Counted from the stretch's first letter, positions 1 to 16,264 are shown. The stretch: 64,000 nt of DNA from Escherichia coli (GCF_003334355.1 NZ_QOWP01000006.1), one strand, 5' to 3'. The notes: generated from the sequence alone by a model not told the origin. Translations and numbers: made by a program.

Positions 1-1
1 T

Positions 2-649
2 GCTGAGGCACTGGCGCGCTGGCCGCAGACAGACGGTAGTTGGTTGTCACCAGATAGTTTTATTCCGCTGGCACAGCAAACGGGCCTTTCTGAGCCATTG
101 ACGCTACTGATTATAAGAAGCGTCTTTGAAGATATGGGCGACTGGCTGCGTCAGCATCCACAGCAGCATATTTCGATCAATCTTGAATCCCCCGTGCTCA
201 CCTCGGAAAAAATCCCGCAATTGCTGCGTGACATGATCAATCACTATCAGGTTAATCCCAGACAGATCGCGCTTGAACTCACTGAACGCGAGTTTGCCGA
301 TCCGAAAACCAGCGCCCCGATAATTTCTCGCTACCGGGAGGCGGGCCATGAAATTTATCTTGATGATTTTGGTACGGGGTATTCAAGTTTAAGTTATTTA
401 CAGGATCTGGATGTCGACATTCTGAAGATCGATAAATCTTTCGTTGATGCGCTGGAATATAAAAATGTCACGCCGCATATCATCGAAATGGCAAAAACAC
501 TGAAACTGAAAATGGTAGCGGAGGGAATCGAAACCAGTAAACAAGAAGAGTGGTTACGCCAGCATGGCGTGCACTACGGTCAGGGCTGGCTCTACAGCAA
601 GGCATTACCGAAAGAAGATTTCTTACGCTGGGCCGAGCAACATTTGTGA
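2..649 (+). CDS. pdeB: c-di-GMP phosphodiesterase, EAL domain, C-terminal part (5' end lies outside the window)
   Basis: Frame open from window edge to TGA at 647-649; EAL-domain motifs (ELTERE, DDFGTGYSS, KIDKSF, EGIET); position next to ybaA matches E. coli ylaB/pdeB. Confidence 0.85.
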   Translation, partial: AEALARWPQTDGSWLSPDSFIPLAQQTGLSEPLTLLIIRSVFEDMGDWLRQHPQQHISINLESPVLTSEKIPQLLRDMINHYQVNPRQIALELTEREFADPKTSAPIISRYREAGHEIYLDDFGTGYSSLSYLQDLDVDILKIDKSFVDALEYKNVTPHIIEMAKTLKLKMVAEGIETSKQEEWLRQHGVHYGQGWLYSKALPKEDFLRWAEQHL

Positions 650-690
650 ATTTTTGGGCTGACGGCACGCCGCACAGCCCGTCACGCTAC

Positions 691-1044
691 CTATTCGTCG
701 ATGATTGACTCGAATCCGCCATAGATCATTCGCTTGCCGTCAAACGGCATGGACTCGCCGAACTCTTTCATCCGTGGGTCCGACATCATCTTTTGATTAG
801 CAGCGTCGCGGACCTCTTTTGAAGGGTATTCAATCCAGCTAAAGACAACCTCTTCATTCTCTTCCGCTTTCACCGCCATACGAAAATCGGTCACTTTGCC
901 ATCCGGTACATCGCTGGCCCAGCATTCGACAATACGAAGCGCGCCAAACTCTTTAAACAATGGCGCAGCCTTAGCGGCCATTTCCCGATAGGCATCCTTT
1001 TTATCGGCAGGAACGGCAACCACAAAACCATCAACATACTTCAT
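691..1044 (-). CDS. ybaA: DUF1428-family protein YbaA
   Basis: ORF track 691..1044, 117 aa, MKYVDGFVVAVPADKK...; expected length and neighbourhood. Confidence 0.9.
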   Translation of the reverse strand: MKYVDGFVVAVPADKKDAYREMAAKAAPLFKEFGALRIVECWASDVPDGKVTDFRMAVKAEENEEVVFSWIEYPSKEVRDAANQKMMSDPRMKEFGESMPFDGKRMIYGGFESIIDE

Positions 1045-1154
1045 CAGACATACCTCCGAAGCGTACTGCGCAGCCAGACAATTCTTGCGACGTCAGTTGT
1101 GGTTAAAGTTTAGCCATGTTGGGATTTTTTGACGAAACGGTGGGAGGCAGAAAT

Positions 1155-1268
1155 GGGTGGGGGCCCTGCCAGCTACATCCCGGCACACGCGTCATCTGCC
1201 TTGGCTGCTTCCTTCCGGACCTGACCTGGTAAACAGAGTAGCGTTGCGGGAGAACCAACAGAGCCCCC
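1155..1268 (-). ncRNA. ffs: 4.5S RNA (signal recognition particle RNA)
   Basis: Reverse complement reads GGGGGCTCTGTTGGTTCTCCCGCAACGC...CAGGTCCGGAAGGAAGCAGCC...GGCAGGGCCCCCACCC, 114 nt, matching E. coli 4.5S RNA including the conserved GGAA loop region; lies in the 300-bp ybaA-atl spacer. Confidence 0.95.
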
Positions 1269-1344
1269 ATTGAGAGCGTTGAGAACCAACGCGCAGGCGC
1301 ATTATCACTGCTGCCCCGGCTAATTGCAACCCATCGCGTGCCAG

Positions 1345-1734
1345 ATGCTGGTTTCTTGCGCAATGCGACTTCACTCGGGCGTTTTTCCAGATTATGCTGA
1401 AAAATTACCTCAGGAAGAAAAGATGGAAAAAGAAGATTCATTTCCCCAACGCGTCTGGCAAATCGTCGCCGCTATTCCCGAAGGCTATGTCACCACTTAC
1501 GGTGATGTGGCGAAACTGGCGGGATCGCCCCGCGCCGCGCGCCAGGTGGGCGGTGTGTTAAAGCGTCTCCCTGAAGGCAGCACCTTACCCTGGCACCGGG
1601 TGGTTAATCGCCACGGCACAATTTCGCTAACCGGACCGGATTTACAGCGTCAGCGACAGGCATTACTGGCAGAAGGTGTGATGGTATCGGGAAGCGGGCA
1701 AATCGACTTGCAGCGTTATCGCTGGAACTACTAA
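1345..1734 (+). CDS. atl: alkyltransferase-like DNA-binding protein Atl (YbaZ)
   Basis: ORF track 1324..1734 trimmed to ATG 1345 (129 aa, MLVSCAMRL...); PWHRVVN helix motif typical of O6-alkylguanine transferase fold lacking active Cys. Confidence 0.9.
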   Translation: MLVSCAMRLHSGVFPDYAEKLPQEEKMEKEDSFPQRVWQIVAAIPEGYVTTYGDVAKLAGSPRAARQVGGVLKRLPEGSTLPWHRVVNRHGTISLTGPDLQRQRQALLAEGVMVSGSGQIDLQRYRWNY

Positions 1735-1754
1735 CCCTCTCCGGGCGGAGAGGG
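1735..1754. terminator. GC-rich perfect hairpin between convergent atl and ybaY (possible bidirectional terminator)
   Basis: CCCTCTCC-GGGC-GGAGAGGG, 8-bp perfect stem immediately after atl stop; flanking U-tracts weak. Confidence 0.45.
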
Positions 1755-1764
1755 TTAACGTCGC

Positions 1765-2337
1765 TTAATATTGCGTAGGAGCTGGAACTGCCGAAGACGG
1801 ATTCACCTGAGTTGGTGAAGTCGAAGGTACGGTAGTCGTTGCGCCACCGCTGGCCTGAACCGGCACGGCGGTTTGCTGTACCGGCACCAATGTCAGGTCG
1901 GCTTTAGTTCCGCCCTGGTTGATCACCGGCTGAACGGTATCGGTGATAAATACCAGTTTGTCATTCACGGTAATCGCCGCACTCAACAGAATACGCGCGT
2001 TCGGCTGAACATCTGCCGGGTTAAATGGCAGAACAAAGCTGAATGGTGACTGTTTACCTTCAGTACGCACCGCTTTCTGCGCCAGCACTTTTGACGGTGC
2101 ATCGGCTAACGACGCGTCAGAAAGTGTCACGGTCAGCACAGCATCAGGCGGCAGTGCGACTTTCTGACGGATCCAGACGGTACCGGAGACATTCGGTTGC
2201 TGGATAGCTGGTTGTTGTGTTGCTGAAATAGACGTATTTGCAGCCGGTGCTGGCGTCTGAATATCCGCGCTTTTATCTGCGCAAGCCGCCAACGCAATCG
2301 CAACCGCTAAACCACTGGCCATGTGCACGAGTTTCAT
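1765..2337 (-). CDS. ybaY: outer-membrane lipoprotein YbaY
   Basis: 190 aa; signal peptide with lipobox (MKLVHMASGLAVAIALAACADKS). Confidence 0.9.
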   Translation of the reverse strand: MKLVHMASGLAVAIALAACADKSADIQTPAPAANTSISATQQPAIQQPNVSGTVWIRQKVALPPDAVLTVTLSDASLADAPSKVLAQKAVRTEGKQSPFSFVLPFNPADVQPNARILLSAAITVNDKLVFITDTVQPVINQGGTKADLTLVPVQQTAVPVQASGGATTTVPSTSPTQVNPSSAVPAPTQY

Positions 2338-2554
2338 TCATTTCTCCTTATTATCAATGCACCAGCGGGCTAACTTTCCTCGCCGGAAGAGTGGTTAACA
2401 AAATAGTAACGTCAACAAGTGTGGCACACATCACGCATTTCTGCCTGTAATTAGCCCATAATTCAGACCATTGCACCCATCGGACCAGTAGCAAATTTGC
2501 GTTATACTCAACTCACTTTGGCTTGCTGCGGCAGCTTTGTTACTGGAGAGTTAT

Positions 2555-3415
2555 ATGAGTCAGGCGCTAAAAAATTTACTGACATTGTTAAATCTGGAAA
2601 AAATTGAGGAAGGACTCTTTCGCGGCCAGAGTGAAGATTTAGGTTTACGCCAGGTGTTTGGCGGCCAGGTCGTGGGTCAGGCCTTGTATGCTGCAAAAGA
2701 GACCGTCCCTGAAGAGCGGCTGGTACATTCGTTTCACAGCTACTTTCTTCGCCCTGGCGATAGTAAGAAGCCGATTATTTATGATGTCGAAACGCTGCGT
2801 GACGGTAACAGCTTCAGCGCCCGCCGGGTTGCTGCTATTCAAAACGGCAAACCGATTTTTTATATGACTGCCTCTTTCCAGGCACCAGAAGCGGGTTTCG
2901 AACATCAAAAAACAATGCCGTCCGCGCCAGCGCCTGATGGCCTACCTTCGGAAACGCAAATCGCCCAATCGCTGGCGCACCTGCTGCCGCCAGTGCTGAA
3001 AGATAAATTCATCTGCGATCGTCCGCTGGAAGTCCGTCCGGTGGAGTTTCATAACCCACTGAAAGGTCACGTCGCAGAACCACATCGTCAGGTGTGGATC
3101 CGCGCAAATGGTAGCGTGCCGGATGACCTGCGCGTTCATCAGTATCTGCTCGGTTACGCTTCTGATCTTAACTTCCTGCCGGTAGCTCTACAGCCGCACG
3201 GCATCGGTTTTCTCGAACCGGGGATTCAGATTGCCACCATTGACCATTCCATGTGGTTCCATCGCCCGTTTAATTTGAATGAATGGCTGCTGTATAGCGT
3301 GGAGAGCACCTCGGCGTCCAGCGCACGTGGCTTTGTGCGCGGTGAGTTTTATACCCAAGACGGCGTACTGGTTGCCTCGACCGTTCAGGAAGGGGTGATG
3401 CGTAATCACAATTAA
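2555..3415 (+). CDS. tesB: acyl-CoA thioesterase II
   Basis: ORF track 2537..3415 trimmed to ATG 2555 preceded by GGAGAG; 286 aa, [24 protein letters not shown]... Confidence 0.95.
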
Positions 3416-3454
3416 AAAAATAGCCGGAGGTGAAAACCGTCCGGCTGTTTTTTG
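3414..3454. terminator. bidirectional rho-independent terminator between convergent tesB and amtB
   Basis: AAAAAAA-tAGCCGG-13 nt loop-CCGGCT-GTTTTTTG; A-run and T-run flank the stem. Confidence 0.8.
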
Positions 3455-3463
3455 CAGTGCTTG

Positions 3464-4750
3464 TTACGCGTTATAGGCATTCTCGCCGTGGCTGTTGACA
3501 TCCAGCCCTTCTCGCTCCTGCTCTTCCGGTACACGCAGACCAACCGTCAGATCCGCCAATTTGTAGCCGATAAATGCCACAACACCGGACCAGACGATCG
3601 TAATGGCGATGCTTTCCAGCTGTACCAGCAACTGATGGCCCATCGTCACACCTTCAGCGAAGCCCACGCCGCCCAGCGAGCTGGCGGCAAAAATCCCGGT
3701 CATGATACAGCCGACAATGCCACAAACGCCGTGCACACCGAAGACATCGCAGGGATCATCCACCCGCAGCAAGCGTTTGAGCATGGTAACGCCCCACAAG
3801 CCCGCCAGACCAGCTACCACGCCGATAATCAACGCGCCGCCAACCCCAATGTAGCCGCAGGCTGGCGTCACGCCGACCAGACCGGCAATCGCGCCAGAAC
3901 ACGCCCCCAGCAGTGAAGGCTTACCACGCAGCGCCCATTCACCGAAGATCCAGCCAAGAATTGCCGCCGCCGTTGCGACCACAGTATTCACAAATGCCAG
4001 TGCCGCGATTTCATTCGCCGTGCCCGCTGACCCGGCGTTAAAGCCAAACCAACCGATATAGAGAATGGCAGTCCCGGTGAAGACCATCGGCAGGTTGTGC
4101 GGTTTAAACGCCTCTTTACCGAAGCCCACGCGTTTTCCTATCAGATACGCGCCCACCAGACCGGCGATTGCGGCGTTAATGTGCACCACGGTGCCACCCG
4201 CGAAATCCAGCGCACCGTGAGAAGCCAGCAAACCACCGCCCCACACCATATGCGCAATCGGAATGTAAGAGAGCGTCAGCCATACCACCACGAAAATCAA
4301 CACAGCTGAGAAGCGGATTCGTTCCGCCAGCGCCCCAACTATCAAGCCGACGGTAATGCAGGCAAACGATCCCTGAAACGCCACGTGGATATACTGATAA
4401 ATGCTGCCCATCACCGCCGTCAGTTCGATGTTTTTCAGCATCAACCAGTTAATGTTGCCGAAGAAGTTGTTGCCCTCACCAAACGCCAGCGAGTAACCGT
4501 AAACCACCCAGAGAATACAGACCAGTGCAAATGTCACCGTCACCTGCGTCAGCATCGACAGCACGTTTTTGCCGCGAATCAACCCACCGTAAAACAGGGC
4601 AATCCCCGGAATAGTCATAAACAGCACCAGCGCAGTACAAATCATCATAAACGCATTGTCGGCTTTATCGGCCACCGCAGGTGCAGCCATTACCAGTCCC
4701 GGAAGCATCGCCAGTGAAGCAAGCCCAGTTTTTATCGTCGCTATCTTCAT
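3464..4750 (-). CDS. amtB: ammonium transporter AmtB
   Basis: 428 aa; N-terminal signal peptide MKIATIKTGLASLAMLPGLVMA; Amt family membrane protein; directly downstream of glnK. Confidence 0.97.
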   Translation of the reverse strand: MKIATIKTGLASLAMLPGLVMAAPAVADKADNAFMMICTALVLFMTIPGIALFYGGLIRGKNVLSMLTQVTVTFALVCILWVVYGYSLAFGEGNNFFGNINWLMLKNIELTAVMGSIYQYIHVAFQGSFACITVGLIVGALAERIRFSAVLIFVVVWLTLSYIPIAHMVWGGGLLASHGALDFAGGTVVHINAAIAGLVGAYLIGKRVGFGKEAFKPHNLPMVFTGTAILYIGWFGFNAGSAGTANEIAALAFVNTVVATAAAILGWIFGEWALRGKPSLLGACSGAIAGLVGVTPACGYIGVGGALIIGVVAGLAGLWGVTMLKRLLRVDDPCDVFGVHGVCGIVGCIMTGIFAASSLGGVGFAEGVTMGHQLLVQLESIAITIVWSGVVAFIGYKLADLTVGLRVPEEQEREGLDVNSHGENAYNA

Positions 4751-4779
4751 TTTTCGTTCCTGTTGCTGTGTGCCAGAGA

Positions 4780-5118
4780 TTACAGCGCCGCTTCGTCGGC
4801 TTCGCCGGTACGAATACGAATGACGCGTTGCAATTCAGCGACGAAGATTTTGCCGTCGCCAATTTTTCCGGTGTAAGCCGCCTTACTGACGATATCGATC
4901 ACTTCATCGAGTTGGTCATCAGCAATCGCCACATCAATTTTTACTTTTGGCAGGAAATTGACGCTGTATTCCGCCCCCCGGTACAGCTCGGCATGCCCTT
5001 TCTGACGCCCGAAACCTTTCACTTCGGTGACGGTCAGGCCCTGAATACCAATGGAAGATAACGCTTCACGAACGTCTTCCAGCTTGAATGGTTTGATTAT
5101 CACGGTCACCAGCTTCAT
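4780..5118 (-). CDS. glnK: nitrogen regulatory protein PII-2 (GlnK)
   Basis: ORF track 4780..5256 trimmed to ATG at 5116-5118 with GGAGG SD at 5125-5129; 112 aa, MKLVTVIIKPFKLEDVREAL... Confidence 0.95.
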   Translation of the reverse strand: MKLVTVIIKPFKLEDVREALSSIGIQGLTVTEVKGFGRQKGHAELYRGAEYSVNFLPKVKIDVAIADDQLDEVIDIVSKAAYTGKIGDGKIFVAELQRVIRIRTGEADEAAL

Positions 5119-5169
5119 AGATCCCCTCCGGTCAGAATTCGGTAATGGTTCTGCTACACGAAGAAGGTA

Positions 5170-5187
5170 TTGCAAGCGGTGTGCCAG
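5170..5187 (-). promoter_or_regulatory. sigma54 (-24/-12) promoter of glnK-amtB
   Basis: Minus strand reads CTGGCAC-ACCGC-TTGCAA, a match to TGGCAC-N5-TTGCA; about 50 bp upstream of glnK ATG. Confidence 0.75.
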
Positions 5188-5298
5188 AAATGAAAAACGA
5201 GAAAGAGAGCAGGAAGTTAAGAAGTTTGAAAATGAAAACGCACTATGACAGTGCACAGTGCGTTACATTTTTGCACCAACGATGAAATATTGCGCTAT

Positions 5299-8845
<3,547 letters not shown>

Positions 8846-8874
8846 GCGTTGTGTCCTGACCTGATTCTGGATAT

Positions 8875-9333
8875 TTATTCGATGGGTAAAGAAGTGGTGT
8901 ATTTAATCTGTTCCATCGCGAAGCTGGAAGTGACGTCCGACAGCCCCGGCACGCTGTTTACCAGACGCTTATAAAACTCGTCGTAGCGTTTCATGTCGGC
9001 AACCTGGACGCGCATCAGATAATCGTATTCACCGGCCATGCGCCAGAACCCCAGCACTTCTGGCATTTCGGTAACCACCGTGACAAAGCGGCAATACCAT
9101 TCGCTGCTGTGATGTTGCGTTTTTATCAGCACAAAAGCGGTCAGGCCGAGGCCTATTTTTTCCGGATCCAGCAGGGCGACTTTGCCGATAAGGATACCGT
9201 CGTCCTCCAGCCGTTTCAGGCGCTTCCAGCAAGGGGTGGTTGTCAGATTAACGGCTTCAGCCAGTGCCTGCAAAGAGAGGGTGCAATCCTGCTGCAGTAA
9301 GGCCAGCAGCTTACGGTCAATTTTATCTAACAT
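8875..9333 (-). CDS. decR: Lrp/AsnC-family transcriptional regulator DecR (YbaO)
   Basis: ORF track 8875..9459 trimmed to ATG 9333 (152 aa, [31 protein letters not shown]...); 29 bp upstream of mdlA on same strand. Confidence 0.9.
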
Positions 9334-9484
9334 AGCCCTTCCACAGAGAATTTTTTTCTCTTTTAATTCTATTTTAAAGGTGAAATCACGACAATTTATT
9401 CTGTGCGGTTTAAACACCACGGCACAAAATGACAAATTCAACGCAAAAAAACCGGGCAATTGCCCGGTGCTGGAAGGGATCTCA

Positions 9485-10303
9485 TTATTCGGGGGAATAA
9501 GGTAGATGTGGATAGTCCAGCCAGTGCGTCAAATAGTGAGAGACAGCCTGATTTCGGCAATGTCCAATCACCGGTAAATGCGGGAGCTCCGCGCGCAGTT
9601 GCGGCATCGCATTGCCCATAATAAACCCGCTACCGACGCTGCCTAACATTTCGCGATCGTTCATCGCATCACCAAAGGCCATGCAATCGCGCAACGATAA
9701 ACCTAAATGTTGGGTCAGCACCGTCAATGCAGCGCCTTTATTGCAGCCCACCGGCAGCACTTCGAGGCAATCCGTGGCGGAAAAACACAAATGTGCACGC
9801 TCGCCTAATGCTTCGTATAGCTGGATCTGCAAGCGTGTAAGATCGTCGTGATCGCCACAGAAGCAGATCTTGGTGACACTGCCGAGTGGCATTTTTTTGA
9901 CATCGATTATCTGATAACGAAAACCGCTATAGACAAATGCCTGCAACAACGCAGGGATCTCTTTCCCGGTAAACCAACCGTCGTCATTGAAGATATGCAT
10001 GCTGGCTCGGGTATCCCATTGCTGATACAGCACCAGCTCCGCGACATCCGCAGGTAAATCATCACGATGTAAAAGTTCACCTTCCAGAGAATGCACGCGC
10101 GTTCCGTTGCCGGTAATCAAATATGCATCCAGCGATAGCGCCCCGAGAATATGCTGCATCTCCAGCGCATGACGCCCCGTGGCAAAAGTGAGGGTAATGT
10201 CGCGTTCACGCAGTCGCGCCAAAGTAGAGAGGGTTTTCTCACCTAAATGATGGTCAGGCATCAATAAAGTGCCATCCATATCAAATGCTGCCAGACGAGC
10301 CAT
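9485..10303 (-). CDS. cof: HAD-superfamily HMP-PP phosphatase Cof
   Basis: ORF track trimmed to ATG 10303 (272 aa, [14 protein letters not shown]...); HAD motif DMDGTL. Confidence 0.92.
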
Positions 10304-10402
10304 TTCTTTCTCCACTCTGTGACACGGTTAATGGTGATTGAGTATCACCTGATATATACGGAAGTAATAGTGAATAGTGAAATAATATTGTTCCGGGTTT
10401 AT

Positions 10403-12103
10403 ATGCGATTGCTCAACCGTCTTAACCAGTATCAACGTCTGTGGCAACCTTCAGCCGGAAAGCCGCAAACCGTCACCGTCAGCGAACTGGCCGAACGCTG
10501 TTTTTGCAGCGAACGCCATGTTCGTACGCTGTTGCGTCAGGCACAGGAGGCGGGATGGCTGGAGTGGCAGGCGCAGTCAGGACGCGGAAAGCGCGGACAA
10601 TTACGCTTTCTGGTCACGCCGGAATCGCTACGCAATGCGATGATGGAACAGGCACTGGAAACCGGAAAGCAGCAAGATGTGCTGGAGCTGGCGCAACTGG
10701 CCCCAGGTGAGCTGCGCACTCTGTTACAGCCGTTTATGGGCGGACAATGGCAAAACGATACACCCACGTTGCGTATTCCCTACTATCGCCCGCTCGAACC
10801 GCTACAACCAGGCTTTTTGCCCGGCCGTGCCGAGCAGCATCTCGCCGGGCAGATATTTTCCGGCCTGACCCGCTTCGATAATAATACTCAGCGCCCGATT
10901 GGCGATTTAGCGCATCACTGGGAAACCTCTACTGACGGGTTACGCTGGGACTTTTATCTTCGTTCAACCCTACACTGGCATAACGGCGATGCAGTAAAAG
11001 CCTCACACTTACACCAGCGATTATTGATGCTGTTACAACTGCCAGCACTGGATCAATTATTTATTAGCGTGAAGCGTATTGAAGTCACCCATCCGCAGTG
11101 TCTGACCTTCTTTTTACATCGCCCCGATTACTGGCTTGCGCACCGGCTGGCGAGCTATTGCAGCCATCTGGTGCATCCGCAATTCCCACTGATCGGCACT
11201 GGTCCTTTTCGCTTAACACAATTCACAGCGGAGCTGGTGCGCCTGGAGAGCCATGATTATTACCATTTGCGTCATCCGCTGCTTAAAGCGGTTGAGTACT
11301 GGATAACTCCGCCGCTTTTCGAAAAAGATTTGGGAACCAGTTGTCGGCATCCCGTGCAAATCACCATCGGCAAACCGGAGGAGCTGCAACGGGTCAGCCA
11401 GGTCAGTAGTGGCATCAGTTTAGGTTTTTGCTATTTAACGTTGCGCAAAAGTCCCCGACTCTCCCTCTGGCAGGCGCGAAAAGTGATCTCCATTATTCAT
11501 CAATCCGGTTTATTACAAACGTTAGAAGTCGGAGAAAACCTGATCACCGCCAGTCATGCATTACTGCCAGGCTGGACTATTCCGCACTGGCAAGTACCGG
11601 ATGAAGTCAAACTACCGAAAACCTTGACGCTGGTTTATCACCTACCGATAGAACTTCATACCATGGCAGAACGCCTACAGGCGACACTGTCAGCGGAAGG
11701 CTGTGAACTCACAATTATTTTTCATAACGCAAAAAACTGGGACGACACGACCCTACTGGCACACGCAGACCTCATGATGGGCGACAGATTAATTGGCGAA
11801 GCACCGGAATATACTCTGGAGCAATGGCTACGTTGCGATCCACTGTGGCCACATGTTTTCGACGCTCCAGCATATGCACATCTGCAATCGACGCTGGACG
11901 CGGTGCAAGTAATGCCTGATGAGGAAAACCGATTTAATGCCCTGAAAGCGGTTTTTAGCCAGTTAATGGCAGACGCGACGCTGACGCCGCTGTTCAACTA
12001 TCACTATCGCATTAGTGCCCCTCCCGGCGTGAACGGTGTGCGACTGACACCGCGCGGCTGGTTTGAATTTACCGAAGCCTGGCTTCCCGCGCCGTCGCAA
12101 TGA
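10403..12103 (+). CDS. ybaE: solute-binding-protein-like protein YbaE
   Basis: ORF track 10319..12103 trimmed to ATG 10403 (566 aa, MRLLNRLNQYQRLWQ...). Confidence 0.85.
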   Translation: MRLLNRLNQYQRLWQPSAGKPQTVTVSELAERCFCSERHVRTLLRQAQEAGWLEWQAQSGRGKRGQLRFLVTPESLRNAMMEQALETGKQQDVLELAQLAPGELRTLLQPFMGGQWQNDTPTLRIPYYRPLEPLQPGFLPGRAEQHLAGQIFSGLTRFDNNTQRPIGDLAHHWETSTDGLRWDFYLRSTLHWHNGDAVKASHLHQRLLMLLQLPALDQLFISVKRIEVTHPQCLTFFLHRPDYWLAHRLASYCSHLVHPQFPLIGTGPFRLTQFTAELVRLESHDYYHLRHPLLKAVEYWITPPLFEKDLGTSCRHPVQITIGKPEELQRVSQVSSGISLGFCYLTLRKSPRLSLWQARKVISIIHQSGLLQTLEVGENLITASHALLPGWTIPHWQVPDEVKLPKTLTLVYHLPIELHTMAERLQATLSAEGCELTIIFHNAKNWDDTTLLAHADLMMGDRLIGEAPEYTLEQWLRCDPLWPHVFDAPAYAHLQSTLDAVQVMPDEENRFNALKAVFSQLMADATLTPLFNYHYRISAPPGVNGVRLTPRGWFEFTEAWLPAPSQ

Positions 12104-12167
12104 ATAGCTGGTCCGGGTTAATCGCAGGCGTTACCATAACGCTTTTATTGTTCAAGCAGGATTATCT

Positions 12168-12863
12168 ATGAAACGTGCTGTCGTTGTGTTCAGTGGAGGC
12201 CAGGATTCCACCACCTGTCTGGTGCAGGCATTACAACAATATGATGAAGTCCATTGCGTGACGTTCGATTACGGTCAGCGACATCGCGCAGAAATCGACG
12301 TGGCACGCGAACTGGCGCTGAAACTGGGAGCACGCGCGCATAAGGTTCTTGATGTAACGCTGCTCAACGAGCTGGCGGTCAGCAGCCTGACGCGTGACAG
12401 CATTCCGGTGCCTGATTATGAACCTGAAGCCGATGGCATCCCGAATACGTTTGTCCCAGGGCGTAATATTTTGTTCCTGACGCTGGCGGCAATATATGCG
12501 TATCAGGTAAAAGCAGAAGCCGTAATTACTGGCGTCTGCGAAACGGATTTCTCCGGCTACCCGGATTGCCGCGATGAGTTTGTGAAAGCACTAAACCATG
12601 CCGTCAGTTTGGGCATGGCGAAAGATATTCGTTTTGAAACGCCGCTGATGTGGATTGATAAAGCGGAAACCTGGGCGCTGGCAGATTATTACGGCAAACT
12701 GGATTTAGTCCGTAACGAAACGTTGACCTGCTATAACGGCATTAAAGGCAACGGTTGCGGTCATTGTGCGGCATGTAATTTACGCGCCAACGGTTTGAAT
12801 CATTATCTGGCCGATAAACCGACGGTGATGGCAGCGATGAAGCAGAAAACCGGGTTGAGGTAA
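12168..12863 (+). CDS. queC: 7-cyano-7-deazaguanine synthase QueC
   Basis: 231 aa, [18 protein letters not shown] (PP-loop SGGxDS), C-terminal Cys cluster CGHCAAC. Confidence 0.96.
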   Translation: MKRAVVVFSGGQDSTTCLVQALQQYDEVHCVTFDYGQRHRAEIDVARELALKLGARAHKVLDVTLLNELAVSSLTRDSIPVPDYEPEADGIPNTFVPGRNILFLTLAAIYAYQVKAEAVITGVCETDFSGYPDCRDEFVKALNHAVSLGMAKDIRFETPLMWIDKAETWALADYYGKLDLVRNETLTCYNGIKGNGCGHCAACNLRANGLNHYLADKPTVMAAMKQKTGLR

Positions 12864-12877
12864 TTATTCCGGGTGTC

Positions 12878-12902
12878 GCCGGATGCGGCTTGAGCATCCG
12901 GC
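12878..12902. repeat. REP-like palindrome between convergent queC and fadM
   Basis: GCCGGATGC-ggcttga-GCATCCGGC, 9-bp perfect arms. Confidence 0.6.
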
Positions 12903-12914
12903 ACCACAAAACGT

Positions 12915-13313
12915 TTACTTAACCATCTGCTCCAGCTTTTCGCGCAATTCCCCTTCCAGAGCTAATGCTTTCTGCGTTTTAAGATCAATACAAACAAACG
13001 TAATAAGCGCATCCGCTACCACCTGCCCTTCCGGCTCCAGTGTAATGACCTGGCTTAAGATGCCGCTTTTACCGTTTAATTGCTGCAACTGACTGGTAAT
13101 AGTTAACAGGTCACTTAATACCGCTGGGCGACGATAGTTAATATTGATATTGACCACGACGAAGGCGATGTTATGGGCCGTCATCCACTGAAAACTGTCG
13201 CTATTTTCCAACCCATCCCAGCGGGCTTCTTCGAGAAATTCAAGGTAGCGGGCGTTGTTGACGTGCTGGTAAACGTCGAGATGATATCCACGAACTTTGA
13301 TTTGTGTTTGCAT
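12915..13313 (-). CDS. fadM: long-chain acyl-CoA thioesterase III FadM (YbaW)
   Basis: 132 aa, MQTQIKVRGYHLDVYQHVNNARYLEF...; hotdog-fold thioesterase. Confidence 0.93.
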   Translation of the reverse strand: MQTQIKVRGYHLDVYQHVNNARYLEFLEEARWDGLENSDSFQWMTAHNIAFVVVNININYRRPAVLSDLLTITSQLQQLNGKSGILSQVITLEPEGQVVADALITFVCIDLKTQKALALEGELREKLEQMVK

Positions 13314-13354
13314 AGCGCAATAACCTTACGTTGTTGTTATAAGTACAGAGGTCA

Positions 13355-15800
<2,446 letters not shown>

Positions 15801-15927
15801 GGTGTAACAACACTCCGCTGTAGATGACTGTGTACCTCACGCAACGTATCGATGCGCGCAAAGGCCTATTGTGACAAGAAACGGGGGCAATTGTCAGCCC
15901 ACAAGACGCAGAAAGTCACCGAATACA

Positions 15928-15957
15928 AATAAAAAAGGCACATCAGTAGATGCGCCC
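15928..15957 (-). terminator. probable hupB terminator
   Basis: Minus strand GGGCGCATC-tact-GATGTGCC followed by TTTTTTATTTG. Confidence 0.55.
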
Positions 15958-15991
15958 TTGAACTTCGTCACATCCCCACTGGGGACAACGC

Positions 15992-16264
15992 TTAGTTTAC
16001 CGCGTCTTTCAGTGCTTTACCTGCACGGAAGCTCGGTACTTTAGCAGCAGCGATGGTGATCTCTTTACCGGTCTGCGGGTTGCGGCCAGTACGGGCAGCA
16101 CGCTCTTTAACGGCAAAAGTACCAAAACCTACCAGTGCTACATCATCCCCTTCTTTCAGAGATTCAGTTACGGAAGCAATAATAGCATCTAACGCACGGC
16201 CAGCCGCAGCTTTAGAGATATCAGCCCCTGCAGCAATCTTGTCGATCAATTGAGATTTATTCAC
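15992..16264 (-). CDS. hupB: DNA-binding protein HU-beta
   Basis: 90 aa, [36 protein letters not shown]... Confidence 0.98.

Noticed and set aside
650-690. GC-rich palindrome (GGGCTG...CAGCCC, 656-680) between convergent pdeB and ybaA
   Set aside because: The T-run precedes rather than follows the stem on the plus strand and an A-run follows it on the minus strand, so it is not a canonical intrinsic terminator for either gene; left unannotated.
1153-1224. 23-codon plus-strand ORF (MGGGPASYIPAHASSALAASFRT) with a strong GGGAGG SD 5 nt upstream
   Set aside because: It lies entirely inside ffs, antisense to the 4.5S RNA; the SD and open frame are by-products of the GC-rich, structured RNA gene.
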